A stretch of DNA of 64,000 bases from an uncultured Flavobacteriaceae bacterium. GTDB taxonomy: Bacteria > Bacteroidota > Bacteroidia > Flavobacteriales > Flavobacteriaceae. The translations under genes were made by a program, and so were the position numbers. Shown here piece after piece: positions 46,738-56,538 of the stretch; the first letter of the stretch is position 1, and every line of letters starts with the position of its first letter. The notes under the pieces were generated by a model, which was not told the origin of the DNA, made no database searches, and saw only the letters and a program-made list of their open reading frames with translations. Where the stretch lies: assembly GCA_963793275.1 (NCBI GenBank), contig CAWBZL010000002.1, positions 101,590-165,589 on the forward strand, given 5' to 3'.

Positions 46738-47340
46738 CTAAGCATCGAAGTCAAAGTCCAATTCTTCTCGTATCTGGATTGCTTTAAGGTGAAAATTACC
46801 TATACTTTTTTCAATATCCTGTATAAGTTGCCGTTGCTCTGGTGCTATTTCACCTTGTTTTAGTTGCTCCACTTTTGAGATAATGTATTCCAGGGCGCCT
46901 ATCACTTTATCGTCAATACGCTCTCTCATAAAGCCTAAATAGGCCTGTTTTTCTTCTAAATGCTTTCTTCTTAAATTGTGTTCCTGTTCCTGTAATAGTG
47001 CTGTCTTTTTTTCCTGAGCCGCCTCGTGTAAATGTTCGTAATGCTGAGAATAGTCAAAAAGTAAAATGGCCAGAAAATCCGGTTCTTTTTTAATAGTAAT
47101 ATCACATATAGCTTCTTTACCGTGAATGTTTAGTTGTACACAAGGGAAAGCCAAGCTACTGCCAAAGATCTCTCTACTTTGCAATTCGATCTGTAAACTC
47201 TCAAAAAATGGATGAATTTCATATAAATTATCCTTCTTATTTAATAAAAAAATGGTGTCGCTACTTTCAAAAATCTCGCCCGTGGGTTTGGCGTGGATTT
47301 CCTGAATCTTCTTCGAAAAAAATAAATTCTGGTTTGTCAT
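46738..47340 (-). CDS. protein sharing the kinase N-terminal domain, plus a His-less DHp-like coiled coil
   Basis: About 30 percent identity by eye to residues 10-120 of the kinase (HPFFE, FPCV.L, LLFD...HY). 4-nt overlap with the upstream GTPase gene. Confidence 0.6.
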   Translation of the reverse strand: MTNQNLFFSKKIQEIHAKPTGEIFESSDTIFLLNKKDNLYEIHPFFESLQIELQSREIFGSSLAFPCVQLNIHGKEAICDITIKKEPDFLAILLFDYSQHYEHLHEAAQEKKTALLQEQEHNLRRKHLEEKQAYLGFMRERIDDKVIGALEYIISKVEQLKQGEIAPEQRQLIQDIEKSIGNFHLKAIQIREELDFDFDA

Positions 47341-47828
47341 TTTGTTAGTTTTTTTGCTAAGTCTGTAAATACTTCTTGCACGCCCTCTCCCGTTTTGGCA
47401 CTTACAAAGCTGTCTGCTTCTATGTCTTTTTTAAGGAGGTAGTCTATGACGTGTTTGGGGTTTTCTAAGTCACTTTTGTTACCAATTAATTTTAAACTTA
47501 CATGCTCGTATTTTTCTGAAATAAAAGCAATTTCTTTTTCAAGGTTCTCGTACGTAACGGGTCTGGTAATATCAAAAACATATATAAATCCTTCTGAGCC
47601 TAGTAGGTAGGATGGTCGTGCTTTGTCAATAGAAGAAAATCCTTCAAGGTCCCAGATTATCATAGATATTTGTTTTCCATTTGGCAGGTCCAAGACCTTT
47701 TTCTTTATCTGTACGCCCAGTGTGGTTTTATAGTCGTGTTCAAAAACATCTTCCAGCAGCCTTCGCATTAACGAAGTTTTTCCAACCCCAAACTGCCCCA
47801 TGAGCACTATTTTCTTTGAAAGATTCAT
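47337..47828 (-). CDS. Ras-superfamily small GTPase (A)
   Basis: G1 GQFGVGKT, G2 Thr (YKTTLG), G3 WDLEG, G4 GNKSD, G5 SAKTG. Confidence 0.85.
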   Translation of the reverse strand: MNLSKKIVLMGQFGVGKTSLMRRLLEDVFEHDYKTTLGVQIKKKVLDLPNGKQISMIIWDLEGFSSIDKARPSYLLGSEGFIYVFDITRPVTYENLEKEIAFISEKYEHVSLKLIGNKSDLENPKHVIDYLLKKDIEADSFVSAKTGEGVQEVFTDLAKKLTK

Positions 47829-48637
47829 TTGTTAAAGAATTTTTTCAAAAACAAATCGGTTTCTTCTCTGGAAAGATGCGAAACACCAGAGGACATTTTT
47901 TTTGAAAGTTTAAATAATTTATTTTCTAATTGGCTCTCAAAAGAGCGCGTGTAATTTCCTGAAACTACCACAGCAATATAAAAACTATGGAAGTTCTGAA
48001 TATGAATGGTGTACAACTCATATTCAATATTTTCTAAATTTTGAGTACCCCCTTTAAAAGCATCTTCAACAAAACTCTTTATAGCAGTTAGCATCCCGGA
48101 AATCATGTCTTTATCTACCGTTTCGGTTTTACTGTGATTCCCTAAGAGAATGCCAGATCCCTTTTGGATGAGAAATACCTCGCTAATTACAGGCGGATTC
48201 GTTTCTGTAAGTATAAGATCGCTTTCCTTAACACCCGTAAATCGTGCACGTACTTTTCGCTTTAAACTTATAAGAGAGAACGTATTGTTCACCTTTTTGT
48301 TTACTGTTTCGGAGAGTACTTTTATTTCATTTTGTACGTAGCGTTTAATCATTTTACCCATAATTGGGTATAGCGCTTCTACCACGGCATCCCGAGAATT
48401 TGCGATTTCAGTCTTTAATGTTTTTGTTATTGTTGGTCCTAATGTTACGGGTATTTCGGCTATAAATTCATTCAGTTTTTCCTGAATGATGGGATCTATT
48501 TTTTCTGAAAGTTTAGCACGTTGCTCAATTGTTTGGGTAATTACATCGAGGCGTTGGTTTACAGCACTGGCAATTTCCCTGTCGTCTACCAACAGGATAT
48601 CACGTAGCAGCTGCAATTTATCCTCTTCTTTCACCAT
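47825..48637 (-). CDS. coiled-coil protein with Roadblock/LC7-like C-terminal region (pattern-level call)
   Basis: VFLIQKGSGILLG...DMISGMLTAIKSFVEDAF...YTIHIQ...FYIAVVVSG follows the strand-helix-strand-strand layout of MglB/Roadblock proteins. 4-nt overlap with GTPase A. Confidence 0.5.
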   Translation of the reverse strand: MVKEEDKLQLLRDILLVDDREIASAVNQRLDVITQTIEQRAKLSEKIDPIIQEKLNEFIAEIPVTLGPTITKTLKTEIANSRDAVVEALYPIMGKMIKRYVQNEIKVLSETVNKKVNNTFSLISLKRKVRARFTGVKESDLILTETNPPVISEVFLIQKGSGILLGNHSKTETVDKDMISGMLTAIKSFVEDAFKGGTQNLENIEYELYTIHIQNFHSFYIAVVVSGNYTRSFESQLENKLFKLSKKMSSGVSHLSREETDLFLKKFFNK

Positions 48638-48650
48638 GTGCTAACACTTT

Positions 48651-49001
48651 TTATGAACTAATCTTCTCCCCCAGATTAATTAGTAGTTTCCCCAGTTGTT
48701 TACGATCTACTTTGCTCTCGGCTAATGCTTCGGTTTTTGAGGTCATTGCATCTTCCAGGTCTGTAATTCTAATATTTACGTCTGTACTTAACGAATCTAT
48801 AGATTGCATTAACTCATTTCTTACTTCATCTATATAATTTTCAAGATGTGCTTTTTGAGTATCTACTGCTTGTTTGAGGGTGTTAAACTCGCTATCTATT
48901 TTTTCAATATTCTCCCCAAAAATGAGGTTTTTGATAGCTTCAATTTTCGAATTGGAATCTAAAGAAGGTGGAGCTTCTAAGGGTGGGTTTTTTTTTGCCA
49001 T
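48651..49001 (-). CDS. small coiled-coil protein
   Basis: Heptad-rich 116-aa ORF at the head of the GTPase operon. Confidence 0.5.
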   Translation of the reverse strand: MAKKNPPLEAPPSLDSNSKIEAIKNLIFGENIEKIDSEFNTLKQAVDTQKAHLENYIDEVRNELMQSIDSLSTDVNIRITDLEDAMTSKTEALAESKVDRKQLGKLLINLGEKISS

Positions 49002-49073
49002 TGGTTTGGTTTTCTTCGTCTAAATTTAAGAAAAATTTAAGATAAAGTGCGTATGGCAGTGGAAATAATGACC

Positions 49074-50078
49074 TTAGGAGTTATGCATAAATTCTTCGGC
49101 TTTTGCAACCATGTTTTTACTTCCGCAGAAAAAGGGCACGCGCTGGTGTAGCGTAGTTGGCTGAATGTCTAAAATACGCTCGTATCCATTGCTGGCACTA
49201 CCGTTAGCTTGCTCAGCGAGATATGCCATTGGGTTACATTCGTATAACAAACGTAGCTTGCCATCCGGATCTTTAGAAGTATTTGGATAGATATAAATAC
49301 CACCCTTTATCATATTTCTGTGAAAGTCTGAAACCAGAGAACCTATATATCGTGCAGAATAAGGGCGATTTTCTTCTTCTTTCTGGCAGTATTTAATATA
49401 ATCCTTTACACCTTGTGGAAAATGAATATAATTCCCTTCGTTTACGGAGTAGATATTCCCGTCTAACGGGTATTTCATATTTGGGTGCGATAAATAGTAG
49501 GTTCCAATTGCAGGATTGAGCGTAAAACCATTTACACCGTGTCCCGTAGAATACACGATCATAGTGGAAGTGCCGTACACAATATATCCGGCCGCTACCT
49601 GGTTTCTTCCGGGCTGAAGGAAATCGTCTATAGTAACAGGGCTTCCCGTAGGCGTTACCCTTCTGTAAATTGAAAAAATAGTCCCTACCGATACGTTTAC
49701 ATCTATATTTGAAGAACCATCCAGCGGATCCATGAGCACAATATATTTGTTATCGTTCTTTTTATTCCGGCCCTGAATGGTAATAAAATCGTCTTCTTCT
49801 TCACTGGCAATTCCACAAACAATCTCACGGTTGGTGAGGGTCTTTATAAAAATTTCGTTGGCATACACATCCAGTTTTTGCTGGTCTTCGCCTTGCACAT
49901 TTGTTTCTCCTGCAGCCCCTAAAATATCTACCAGTCCTGCTTTATTTACCTCGTGGTTTACTACTTTGGCAGCCAAACGTATAGAATTAATTAACCGTGA
50001 AAGTTCTCCCGAAGAATACTTAAACTCCTCTTGATTTTCAATAATAAATTCGCCTAAAGTCTGGTTCTGTTTTGCCAT
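49074..50078 (-). CDS. fbp: class 1 fructose-1,6-bisphosphatase
   Basis: Full-length FBPase I motifs ([16 protein letters not shown]). Confidence 0.95.
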   Translation of the reverse strand: MAKQNQTLGEFIIENQEEFKYSSGELSRLINSIRLAAKVVNHEVNKAGLVDILGAAGETNVQGEDQQKLDVYANEIFIKTLTNREIVCGIASEEEDDFITIQGRNKKNDNKYIVLMDPLDGSSNIDVNVSVGTIFSIYRRVTPTGSPVTIDDFLQPGRNQVAAGYIVYGTSTMIVYSTGHGVNGFTLNPAIGTYYLSHPNMKYPLDGNIYSVNEGNYIHFPQGVKDYIKYCQKEEENRPYSARYIGSLVSDFHRNMIKGGIYIYPNTSKDPDGKLRLLYECNPMAYLAEQANGSASNGYERILDIQPTTLHQRVPFFCGSKNMVAKAEEFMHNS

Positions 50079-50160
50079 GAGTGCCCGTTGTGCTTAGATT
50101 TGACGCAAATATCGGGTTTTTTAAGAAATACCACCGATATTTGTGGATCAAAACTAAAAA

Positions 50161-50631
50161 ATGAATATACGTATTCGTAAAGCTGAAAGAAAAGATATGC
50201 CTCAGGTCCTAGAGCTTATAAAAGAGCTTGCTGTATATGAAAGAGAGCCAGATGCTGTGGAGGTAACCGCAAAGGAGCTGGAAGCCGAAGGTTTTGACAA
50301 CAACCTTTTTACTTGTTTTGTAGCCGAAAATGAAGCTGAAATTGTTGGTATGGCATTGGTATATTTTCGTTTTTCTACCTGGAAGGGTCGCACGGTGCAT
50401 CTGGAAGACCTTATTGTAAAAAACAACTATAGAAGTAAGCGCATAGGAACATTACTATATAATAATGTTGTGCGTTATGCAAAAGAGCAAGGTGTAAAAA
50501 GAGTAGAATGGGTAGTGCTGGACTGGAATAAAAATGCCATAGATTTTTACGAAAAAAGTGGCGCTACTTTACTGAAAGACTGGTATTTGGTTCAGCTGGG
50601 GGAAAATGAGATTAAGAATTTTAATAATTAA
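50161..50631 (+). CDS. GNAT-family N-acetyltransferase
   Basis: Acetyl-CoA motif (RSKRIGTLL) and overall GNAT layout. Confidence 0.85.
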   Translation: MNIRIRKAERKDMPQVLELIKELAVYEREPDAVEVTAKELEAEGFDNNLFTCFVAENEAEIVGMALVYFRFSTWKGRTVHLEDLIVKNNYRSKRIGTLLYNNVVRYAKEQGVKRVEWVVLDWNKNAIDFYEKSGATLLKDWYLVQLGENEIKNFNN

Positions 50632-50664
50632 ATAAAGAGACCCTCACCTTTGTGGGGGATGAAC

Positions 50665-51921
50665 ATGAACGTATTTAAATTTGGAGGTGCGTCTGTCAAA
50701 GATGCCACTGGGGTTAAAAATCTTGCTACGGTATTAAAAAAAACCGGCAAGCAGGATTTGCTTTTAGTAATTTCGGCCATGGGTAAAATGACCAACGCGC
50801 TTGAAGGTATTGTTTTAGAGTATTTTAAGGACGCAGCATCTTTTAAACAGTCACAACATATATTGCTCGATTTTCATTTGCCTATTTTAAATGAATTGTT
50901 TGAAAATAGATCACATCCGGTATTTAAAAAATTACATACGTTGGTTTTGGAATTAGCTCAATTTTTGGAGCAGAATAAATCTACAAACCACCCTTTTGTG
51001 TATGACCAGGTGGTTTGTTTTGGTGAGCTTATTTCAACAGCGATCGTTTCGGAGTATTTAAACCAGATTGGGATAGCGAATACGTGGCTGGACGTAAGAA
51101 CCTGTATTGTTACAGATAACAACTATAGGGATGCCAAAGTAGATTGGGAGGTAACTCAGAATAATATTTCAACTAAAGTTTCAGCAAAAGGAATTACCAT
51201 AACTCAGGGATTTTTGGGCGCCGAAGGAAATAATAATTTTACAACAACCCTTGGAAGAGAAGGTAGTGATTACACCGCCGCAATTTTTGCGTATTGCTTA
51301 AACGCAGATAGCGTTACTATCTGGAAAGATGTGCCGGGTGTTTTAAATGCAGATCCAAGATATTTCAGTAAAACAACCTTGTTGCAACGAATCTCATATC
51401 GTGAAGCAATAGAACTGGCTTTTTACGGTGCTTCTGTAATACACCCTAAAACGTTACAACCTTTGCAGCGTAAGGAAATTCCGTTGTATGTAAAATCTTT
51501 TCTTAACCCATTCGATGAAGGTACTTGTGTAGGCAAAGGTGTTACGCTGGAACCGATGGTCTCTTGCTTTATATTGAAGAAAAAGCAGGTGCTTATTTCA
51601 TTGTCTTCGCTGGATTTCAACTTTATGATGGAAGACCATATTGGGAACGTTTTTAAATGGTTGCACGAATATAAAATGAAGGTGGAGCTTATTCAAAATT
51701 CGGCTATTAGTTTTTCGGTATGTATAGACAATAAGTACAATATGCTGGAACCTTTATTAAAAAAGCTACGCAGCACCTTTAAAGTAAAATGGAACGAAAA
51801 CGTAACGTTATATACGATACGTCATGCTGATTCTAAACAGGTTAAAGCTCTTTTAAAGGATAAAGAACTTTTACTGAAACAGGAAAGCAGAGGCACTGTG
51901 CAATTGGTGGTGAAAGAATAG
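50665..51921 (+). CDS. lysC: aspartate kinase
   Basis: KFGGASV N-terminus, kinase core and ACT-like C-terminus. Start could also be 50659. Confidence 0.9.
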   Translation: MNVFKFGGASVKDATGVKNLATVLKKTGKQDLLLVISAMGKMTNALEGIVLEYFKDAASFKQSQHILLDFHLPILNELFENRSHPVFKKLHTLVLELAQFLEQNKSTNHPFVYDQVVCFGELISTAIVSEYLNQIGIANTWLDVRTCIVTDNNYRDAKVDWEVTQNNISTKVSAKGITITQGFLGAEGNNNFTTTLGREGSDYTAAIFAYCLNADSVTIWKDVPGVLNADPRYFSKTTLLQRISYREAIELAFYGASVIHPKTLQPLQRKEIPLYVKSFLNPFDEGTCVGKGVTLEPMVSCFILKKKQVLISLSSLDFNFMMEDHIGNVFKWLHEYKMKVELIQNSAISFSVCIDNKYNMLEPLLKKLRSTFKVKWNENVTLYTIRHADSKQVKALLKDKELLLKQESRGTVQLVVKE

Positions 51922-51942
51922 CAGGGGTTTCGCTATCTTTGT

Positions 51943-53784
51943 ATGCTACAACCACCAAATCAAATGGGATTAGTCACAAATAAAGAGATCGCTAAAGCTC
52001 TAAAAGTCGATAAACTCGGTTTTTTAGGAACCCTCATGGGGTGGTCTGTAATGAAGGTCCTTAATATTTCTGCGTGTAATAAAATTTATGATCGTAACAA
52101 ACATTTAAGCGGATTGGAATTTATCAATTCACTTTTAGACGAGTTTGAAGTAGACTACGAAATTCCCGAAGAAGACCTAAAAAGAATCCCCAAAACAGGC
52201 CCATTTATTACTATTTCTAACCATCCGTTGGGAGGAATTGACGGTATTTTACTGCTTAAACTCCTTCTGGAGCGGCGTTCGGATTATAAAATTATTGCTA
52301 ATTTTTTATTACATCGTGTGGAGCCACTTAAGCCCTATGTGATGCCCGTGAATCCTTTTGAAGAACATAAAGAAGCCCATAATAGTATGATGGCTTTTAA
52401 AAGTGCTTTACAACACTTAAAGGACGATCAACCTTTGGGAGTTTTTCCAGCGGGTGAAGTTTCTACCCGGAAGGAAGACCATATTATAATAGACAAAACG
52501 TGGGAGCCGGCAGTGATGAAGCTTATAAAGAAAGCCGGCGTACCTGTAATTCCAATTTATTTTCACGGGCGTAACAGCAAATCTTTTTACCGTTGGGCGA
52601 AAATGAGCGACTCCATGCGTACAGCAAAGTTGCCAAGTGAGTTGCTTTCCCAAAAAGAACGTACTTTAAAAGTGCGCATTGGGAATCCTATTTCGGTAGA
52701 AGATCAAAATGAACACGAAAGCTTAGAGGCGTACACGGCTTTTCTGCGGAAGAAAACATACGTACTTGCAAATCCCTTTCAGAAGAAAAAATTTGTAGAT
52801 ACCCTTCCAAAAACTATAAAACTACCCAAATTACCGAAGAAAATAGCAGGTTCTGTCCCTATAGAAGCCCTTGAAAATGAAATAAATATACTGCGTACCG
52901 AAGAAAAACGCCTGTTAGAAAGTAAAAACTACGAAGTCTTTTTAACGGCCGCAGATAAAATCCCCAACGTCCTGTTGGAAATTGGCCGTTTGCGGGAAAT
53001 AACGTTTCGGGAAGTAGGCGAAGGAACCAATAATGCTATAGATATAGATAAGTTTGATAATCACTACCACCACATGTTTTTGTGGGATAATGAAGCAAAA
53101 AAAATAGCCGGAGCCTACCGAATGGGACTGGGATCTAAAATTTTTGCAGCCTATGGAATTAATGGGTTTTATCTTCAGGATCTTTTCCGTTTTGAGCCGG
53201 AATTGCACGATATGATGAGTAAAAGTATAGAAATGGGTCGTGCTTTTATTATTAAGGAATACCAACTACGCCCTATGCCATTGTTCTTGTTATGGAAGGG
53301 AATTGTCCACACAACATTGCGGTACCCGGAGCATCGTTTTTTAATTGGTGGGGTGAGTATAAGTAATAAATTTTCAGAATTCAGTAAGAGCTTAATGATC
53401 GAGTTTATGAAATCTAATTACTACGATCCTTATGTGGCACAATACATAAACCCAAAAAAGGAATATAAAGTAAAGCTGAAGGACGCCGATAAAGACTTCA
53501 TTTTTGATGAAAGTGAAGCAGACCTCAATAAATTCGATAAGCTTATAGATGAGGTGGAACCAGGTGCGTTAAGATTACCTGTTTTAATAAAAAAATACAT
53601 TAAGCAAAACGCAAAAGTAGTGGCGTTTAATGTGGACCCGTTGTTTAATAATGCGGTAGATGGGCTCATGTACATTCGTATTGCAGACCTGCCGGAAAGT
53701 ACCGTAAAACCCGTGATGGAAGAGTTTCAGGCCGAACTGGAGAAAAAATACAACAGCAGCGGTAAAGCTGCCGAAGAAGAATGA
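51943..53784 (+). CDS. bifunctional lipid acyltransferase: N-terminal lysophospholipid acyltransferase + C-terminal GNAT N-acyltransferase (OlsF-like)
   Basis: PlsC-type NHP...D motif (ISNHPLGGIDG) in the first half. The second half is OlsB/hemolysin-like GNAT. Confidence 0.75.
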   Translation: MLQPPNQMGLVTNKEIAKALKVDKLGFLGTLMGWSVMKVLNISACNKIYDRNKHLSGLEFINSLLDEFEVDYEIPEEDLKRIPKTGPFITISNHPLGGIDGILLLKLLLERRSDYKIIANFLLHRVEPLKPYVMPVNPFEEHKEAHNSMMAFKSALQHLKDDQPLGVFPAGEVSTRKEDHIIIDKTWEPAVMKLIKKAGVPVIPIYFHGRNSKSFYRWAKMSDSMRTAKLPSELLSQKERTLKVRIGNPISVEDQNEHESLEAYTAFLRKKTYVLANPFQKKKFVDTLPKTIKLPKLPKKIAGSVPIEALENEINILRTEEKRLLESKNYEVFLTAADKIPNVLLEIGRLREITFREVGEGTNNAIDIDKFDNHYHHMFLWDNEAKKIAGAYRMGLGSKIFAAYGINGFYLQDLFRFEPELHDMMSKSIEMGRAFIIKEYQLRPMPLFLLWKGIVHTTLRYPEHRFLIGGVSISNKFSEFSKSLMIEFMKSNYYDPYVAQYINPKKEYKVKLKDADKDFIFDESEADLNKFDKLIDEVEPGALRLPVLIKKYIKQNAKVVAFNVDPLFNNAVDGLMYIRIADLPESTVKPVMEEFQAELEKKYNSSGKAAEEE

Positions 53785-53824
53785 TTTCTTTTTGTATTTT
53801 TAGTTCCTTCAACGCTAACCTTTT

Positions 53825-54577
53825 ATGAAACCAGCAAAGACCATAAACGAGGTTATTCTCCTCTTAGATCAAATTATTACTGCCGAAACAAAAGCCAATA
53901 GCAATCTTGCCTATTTTCCGGTACTCTACAAACAAGTTACCCAACGCATAAAAGACGGTATTGAAAACAACGAATTTGATAATAACCACCGCATGGAAGT
54001 GCTGGATATTATTTTTGCAAACAGATACATTAAAGCATACTGCCAATTAAAAAGTGGCGAAACGCCTTCGCAAAGTTGGACAAATGCTTTTGCCGAAAGT
54101 GGAAATAACAACCTTCTTATTATGCAACATCTCTTGTTGGGAATAAATGCGCATATAAATCTGGATTTAGGAGTTGCAGTAGCCGAAACCGTTGGACCAT
54201 CAGGAAATATAGCCGATTTTAAAAATGATTTTAATAAAATTAACAACATCCTGGCTGGTTTGGTAGATGGTATACAGGAAAGAATTGGCAGGATTTCTCC
54301 GCTGTTTTATTTGCTGGAAAAATTTGGAAAGGGGAAGGAAGATAAGTTGGTTTCTTTTAGTATTAATGTAGCCCGCGATGGTGCCTGGATGTTTGCCAAC
54401 GAATACCACCTCACACCAGACAGAGACTTTTCTTTATCCAACAGGGATACTATTATTGGACAATTGGCATTAAAACTAATTACCACCAAAAGCCGCTGGC
54501 TCCGTTGGGTTATTAGGAGAGTTAGATGGCTGGAAAATAAAGATATTCCTTATGTAGTTTCCGTTTTAAATTCCTAA
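53825..54577 (+). CDS. conserved hypothetical protein (DUF5995-like)
   Basis: Helical protein. The N-terminal LAYFPVLYKQVT...FANRYI pattern is recalled from the DUF5995 family. Confidence 0.5.
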   Translation: MKPAKTINEVILLLDQIITAETKANSNLAYFPVLYKQVTQRIKDGIENNEFDNNHRMEVLDIIFANRYIKAYCQLKSGETPSQSWTNAFAESGNNNLLIMQHLLLGINAHINLDLGVAVAETVGPSGNIADFKNDFNKINNILAGLVDGIQERIGRISPLFYLLEKFGKGKEDKLVSFSINVARDGAWMFANEYHLTPDRDFSLSNRDTIIGQLALKLITTKSRWLRWVIRRVRWLENKDIPYVVSVLNS

Positions 54578-54990
54578 AGTCCCGGAAAAACAGCCAATAA
54601 GAAAAATGCTAAGATCAACACCCAAAATACTGTGGCAATAAGAGCAGTAAACAGGTGAAAAAATCTGAATTGTGGTTTTATAACTGCCAACGGAATAATA
54701 AAGAAAATAGCGCCAAAAATCCCACTAATTCCTGCCAAACCCAAGGTGATTATAAGTAATCCTGAATCCTTGCCAGAAAATACAAACGTTAAAGCATTGG
54801 TGTCTTGGCCGGCTTTTTCTTGTATGTATACCGAATACAGTCCATAGAGCCCAAAAATTAACGGAATATACCAGGCAGTTGCATACGCCACCAAATCACT
54901 CTCGGACATATTATTGAAGTTGATGATATAGAAATACACAAAAATTCCGAAGCCTATTGCCAGAAACAAAAAGTAGAGAAGTTTTTTCAT
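54574..54990 (-). CDS. hypothetical membrane protein (4 TM)
   Basis: Hydrophobic segments throughout. Confidence 0.5.
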   Translation of the reverse strand: MKKLLYFLFLAIGFGIFVYFYIINFNNMSESDLVAYATAWYIPLIFGLYGLYSVYIQEKAGQDTNALTFVFSGKDSGLLIITLGLAGISGIFGAIFFIIPLAVIKPQFRFFHLFTALIATVFWVLILAFFLLAVFPGL

Positions 54991-55004
54991 ATGCTACATA
55001 GTTA

Positions 55005-55044
55005 AAACCAGCAGGATAAGATATATTGCTTACCGCGCTGGTTT
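55005..55044 (-). terminator. long hairpin terminator downstream of 55065-55541
   Basis: AAACCAGC...GCTGGTTT outer stem with inner GG(a)TAAG/CTTACC pairing, flanked by A and T runs. Confidence 0.5.
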
Positions 55045-55064
55045 TATATATGAAATTTTATTTT

Positions 55065-55541
55065 TTATTCGTCATCATCATCATCATAAACCATTTCCAT
55101 TCTTTTTTCGTGCATACGTACTCTGGTTTTTACGAGCAGTAATGTGTACGAGGGAGATTTTTTAAATGCAGTTTGCATTTCTTTTTCAGACATGACTTTA
55201 CTGGCTACGAGCATTTTTTCAAGCTTTACCATTTCAGTCATAAAATTACTTCCAAATCCTGAGGATAATATGCCTTTCATTTGTTCCTTCATTGGTTTTT
55301 TCGCTATTTTTCGGGCAAACTCATCGAGGATGGCACAATCTACTTTTGGATCGTCGCAGAAGGTAATGGCGCTTTTAACCACAGCTAATTGTTTCTGTAA
55401 CATCGCTTTAGTTTGTCCGTTTCTTGTAGTAGAAGTTTTTTCAACTTTTACTTCTTTGGCGCCTTTTTCAACCATTTTTTTCTGGCTCATTCCAACTGCG
55501 GGGATTAGTAAGAGCGCTAATAGATAGATGCATTTTTTCAT
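55065..55541 (-). CDS. secreted hypothetical protein with poly-Asp tail
   Basis: Signal peptide. C-terminus YDDDDDE. Confidence 0.5.
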   Translation of the reverse strand: MKKCIYLLALLLIPAVGMSQKKMVEKGAKEVKVEKTSTTRNGQTKAMLQKQLAVVKSAITFCDDPKVDCAILDEFARKIAKKPMKEQMKGILSSGFGSNFMTEMVKLEKMLVASKVMSEKEMQTAFKKSPSYTLLLVKTRVRMHEKRMEMVYDDDDDE

Positions 55542-55676
55542 TTAGAGTATTTTAAGAACTATTGATAATCCAAAACTAATTGAAAATGAGTTAAATACTG
55601 TATATGAAAACACCTACGGTCGAAAAATGTAGGAATTCATTGAGGTTTACATGGTGTAAGTAATATATAGTGCCTG

Positions 55677-56471
55677 TTAAATTTCAGTTTTAAAGATATA
55701 GTCCAGCACCTTTACTAAATTCACCGAATCCACTTGTTTAAACGTTTCGTTGGTAGCTTCGGAAAAATGCGGGGGGTCCAGGTTTAATTGTGATGCTTTT
55801 TGAATGTAATAGCTGGCTTTTGTAGGATGACCAGGGTGTACTGCATTAAAAATATGGCCGTACGCTTCTTGTTTTATAATGGAAAGCAGGATGCCTATAC
55901 AATCGTCACGATGTATTAAGTTTACCGGTGCAATTGCTCCGCTCAAATTTTCACGCCCTGCCAGATATTTTACCGGTTGTCTGCTGCCTCCCAGCAATCC
56001 GCCAAAGCGTACTATACTTGCGTTGCTTGCTGAAGTAAAAAATAATTGTTCTACTTGTTTTAGTTGTCGTCCTGCTTCGTTTTCTGGATTTGGGAGGTCT
56101 GTTTCAGTAACAATTCCTTGCTCGTCCCCGTAAACTGAAGTACTGCTTATAAATATACAGTTAGGCACTTTTGCTGTCTCAATTTCAGCCAGAAAATGGG
56201 TCATTTTTAAAACATAATCGGCTCCCGTATTTCTGCGTAATCCCGGAGGAATCATTATAATAAGAGTGTTTATATTTTTCAAAAAACCCTGAGGTTCTCC
56301 GGTAACGCCGGTTTCGGTTATTTCTAGCGGAAATGCGTTGAATCCTTTTTGCTGAAGCGAAGTAGCCTTTTCAGTTGAAGTTACAGTGCCTTTTACCTGA
56401 TAGCCCAGCGTCATTAATTTATTCGCCAAAGGCTTTCCCAACCATCCTAATCCTGCTATTCCTACTATCAT
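55677..56471 (-). CDS. NAD(P)-binding Rossmann-fold protein (SDR/epimerase-like)
   Basis: N-terminal IVGIAGLGWLG dinucleotide-binding motif. Confidence 0.7.
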   Translation of the reverse strand: MIVGIAGLGWLGKPLANKLMTLGYQVKGTVTSTEKATSLQQKGFNAFPLEITETGVTGEPQGFLKNINTLIIMIPPGLRRNTGADYVLKMTHFLAEIETAKVPNCIFISSTSVYGDEQGIVTETDLPNPENEAGRQLKQVEQLFFTSASNASIVRFGGLLGGSRQPVKYLAGRENLSGAIAPVNLIHRDDCIGILLSIIKQEAYGHIFNAVHPGHPTKASYYIQKASQLNLDPPHFSEATNETFKQVDSVNLVKVLDYIFKTEI

Positions 56472-56538
56472 AAATTTTAAATACTAAATCCCAAATTACA
56501 AGTATCAGATTCCTGATTTCAATATTATTATATTAAAA

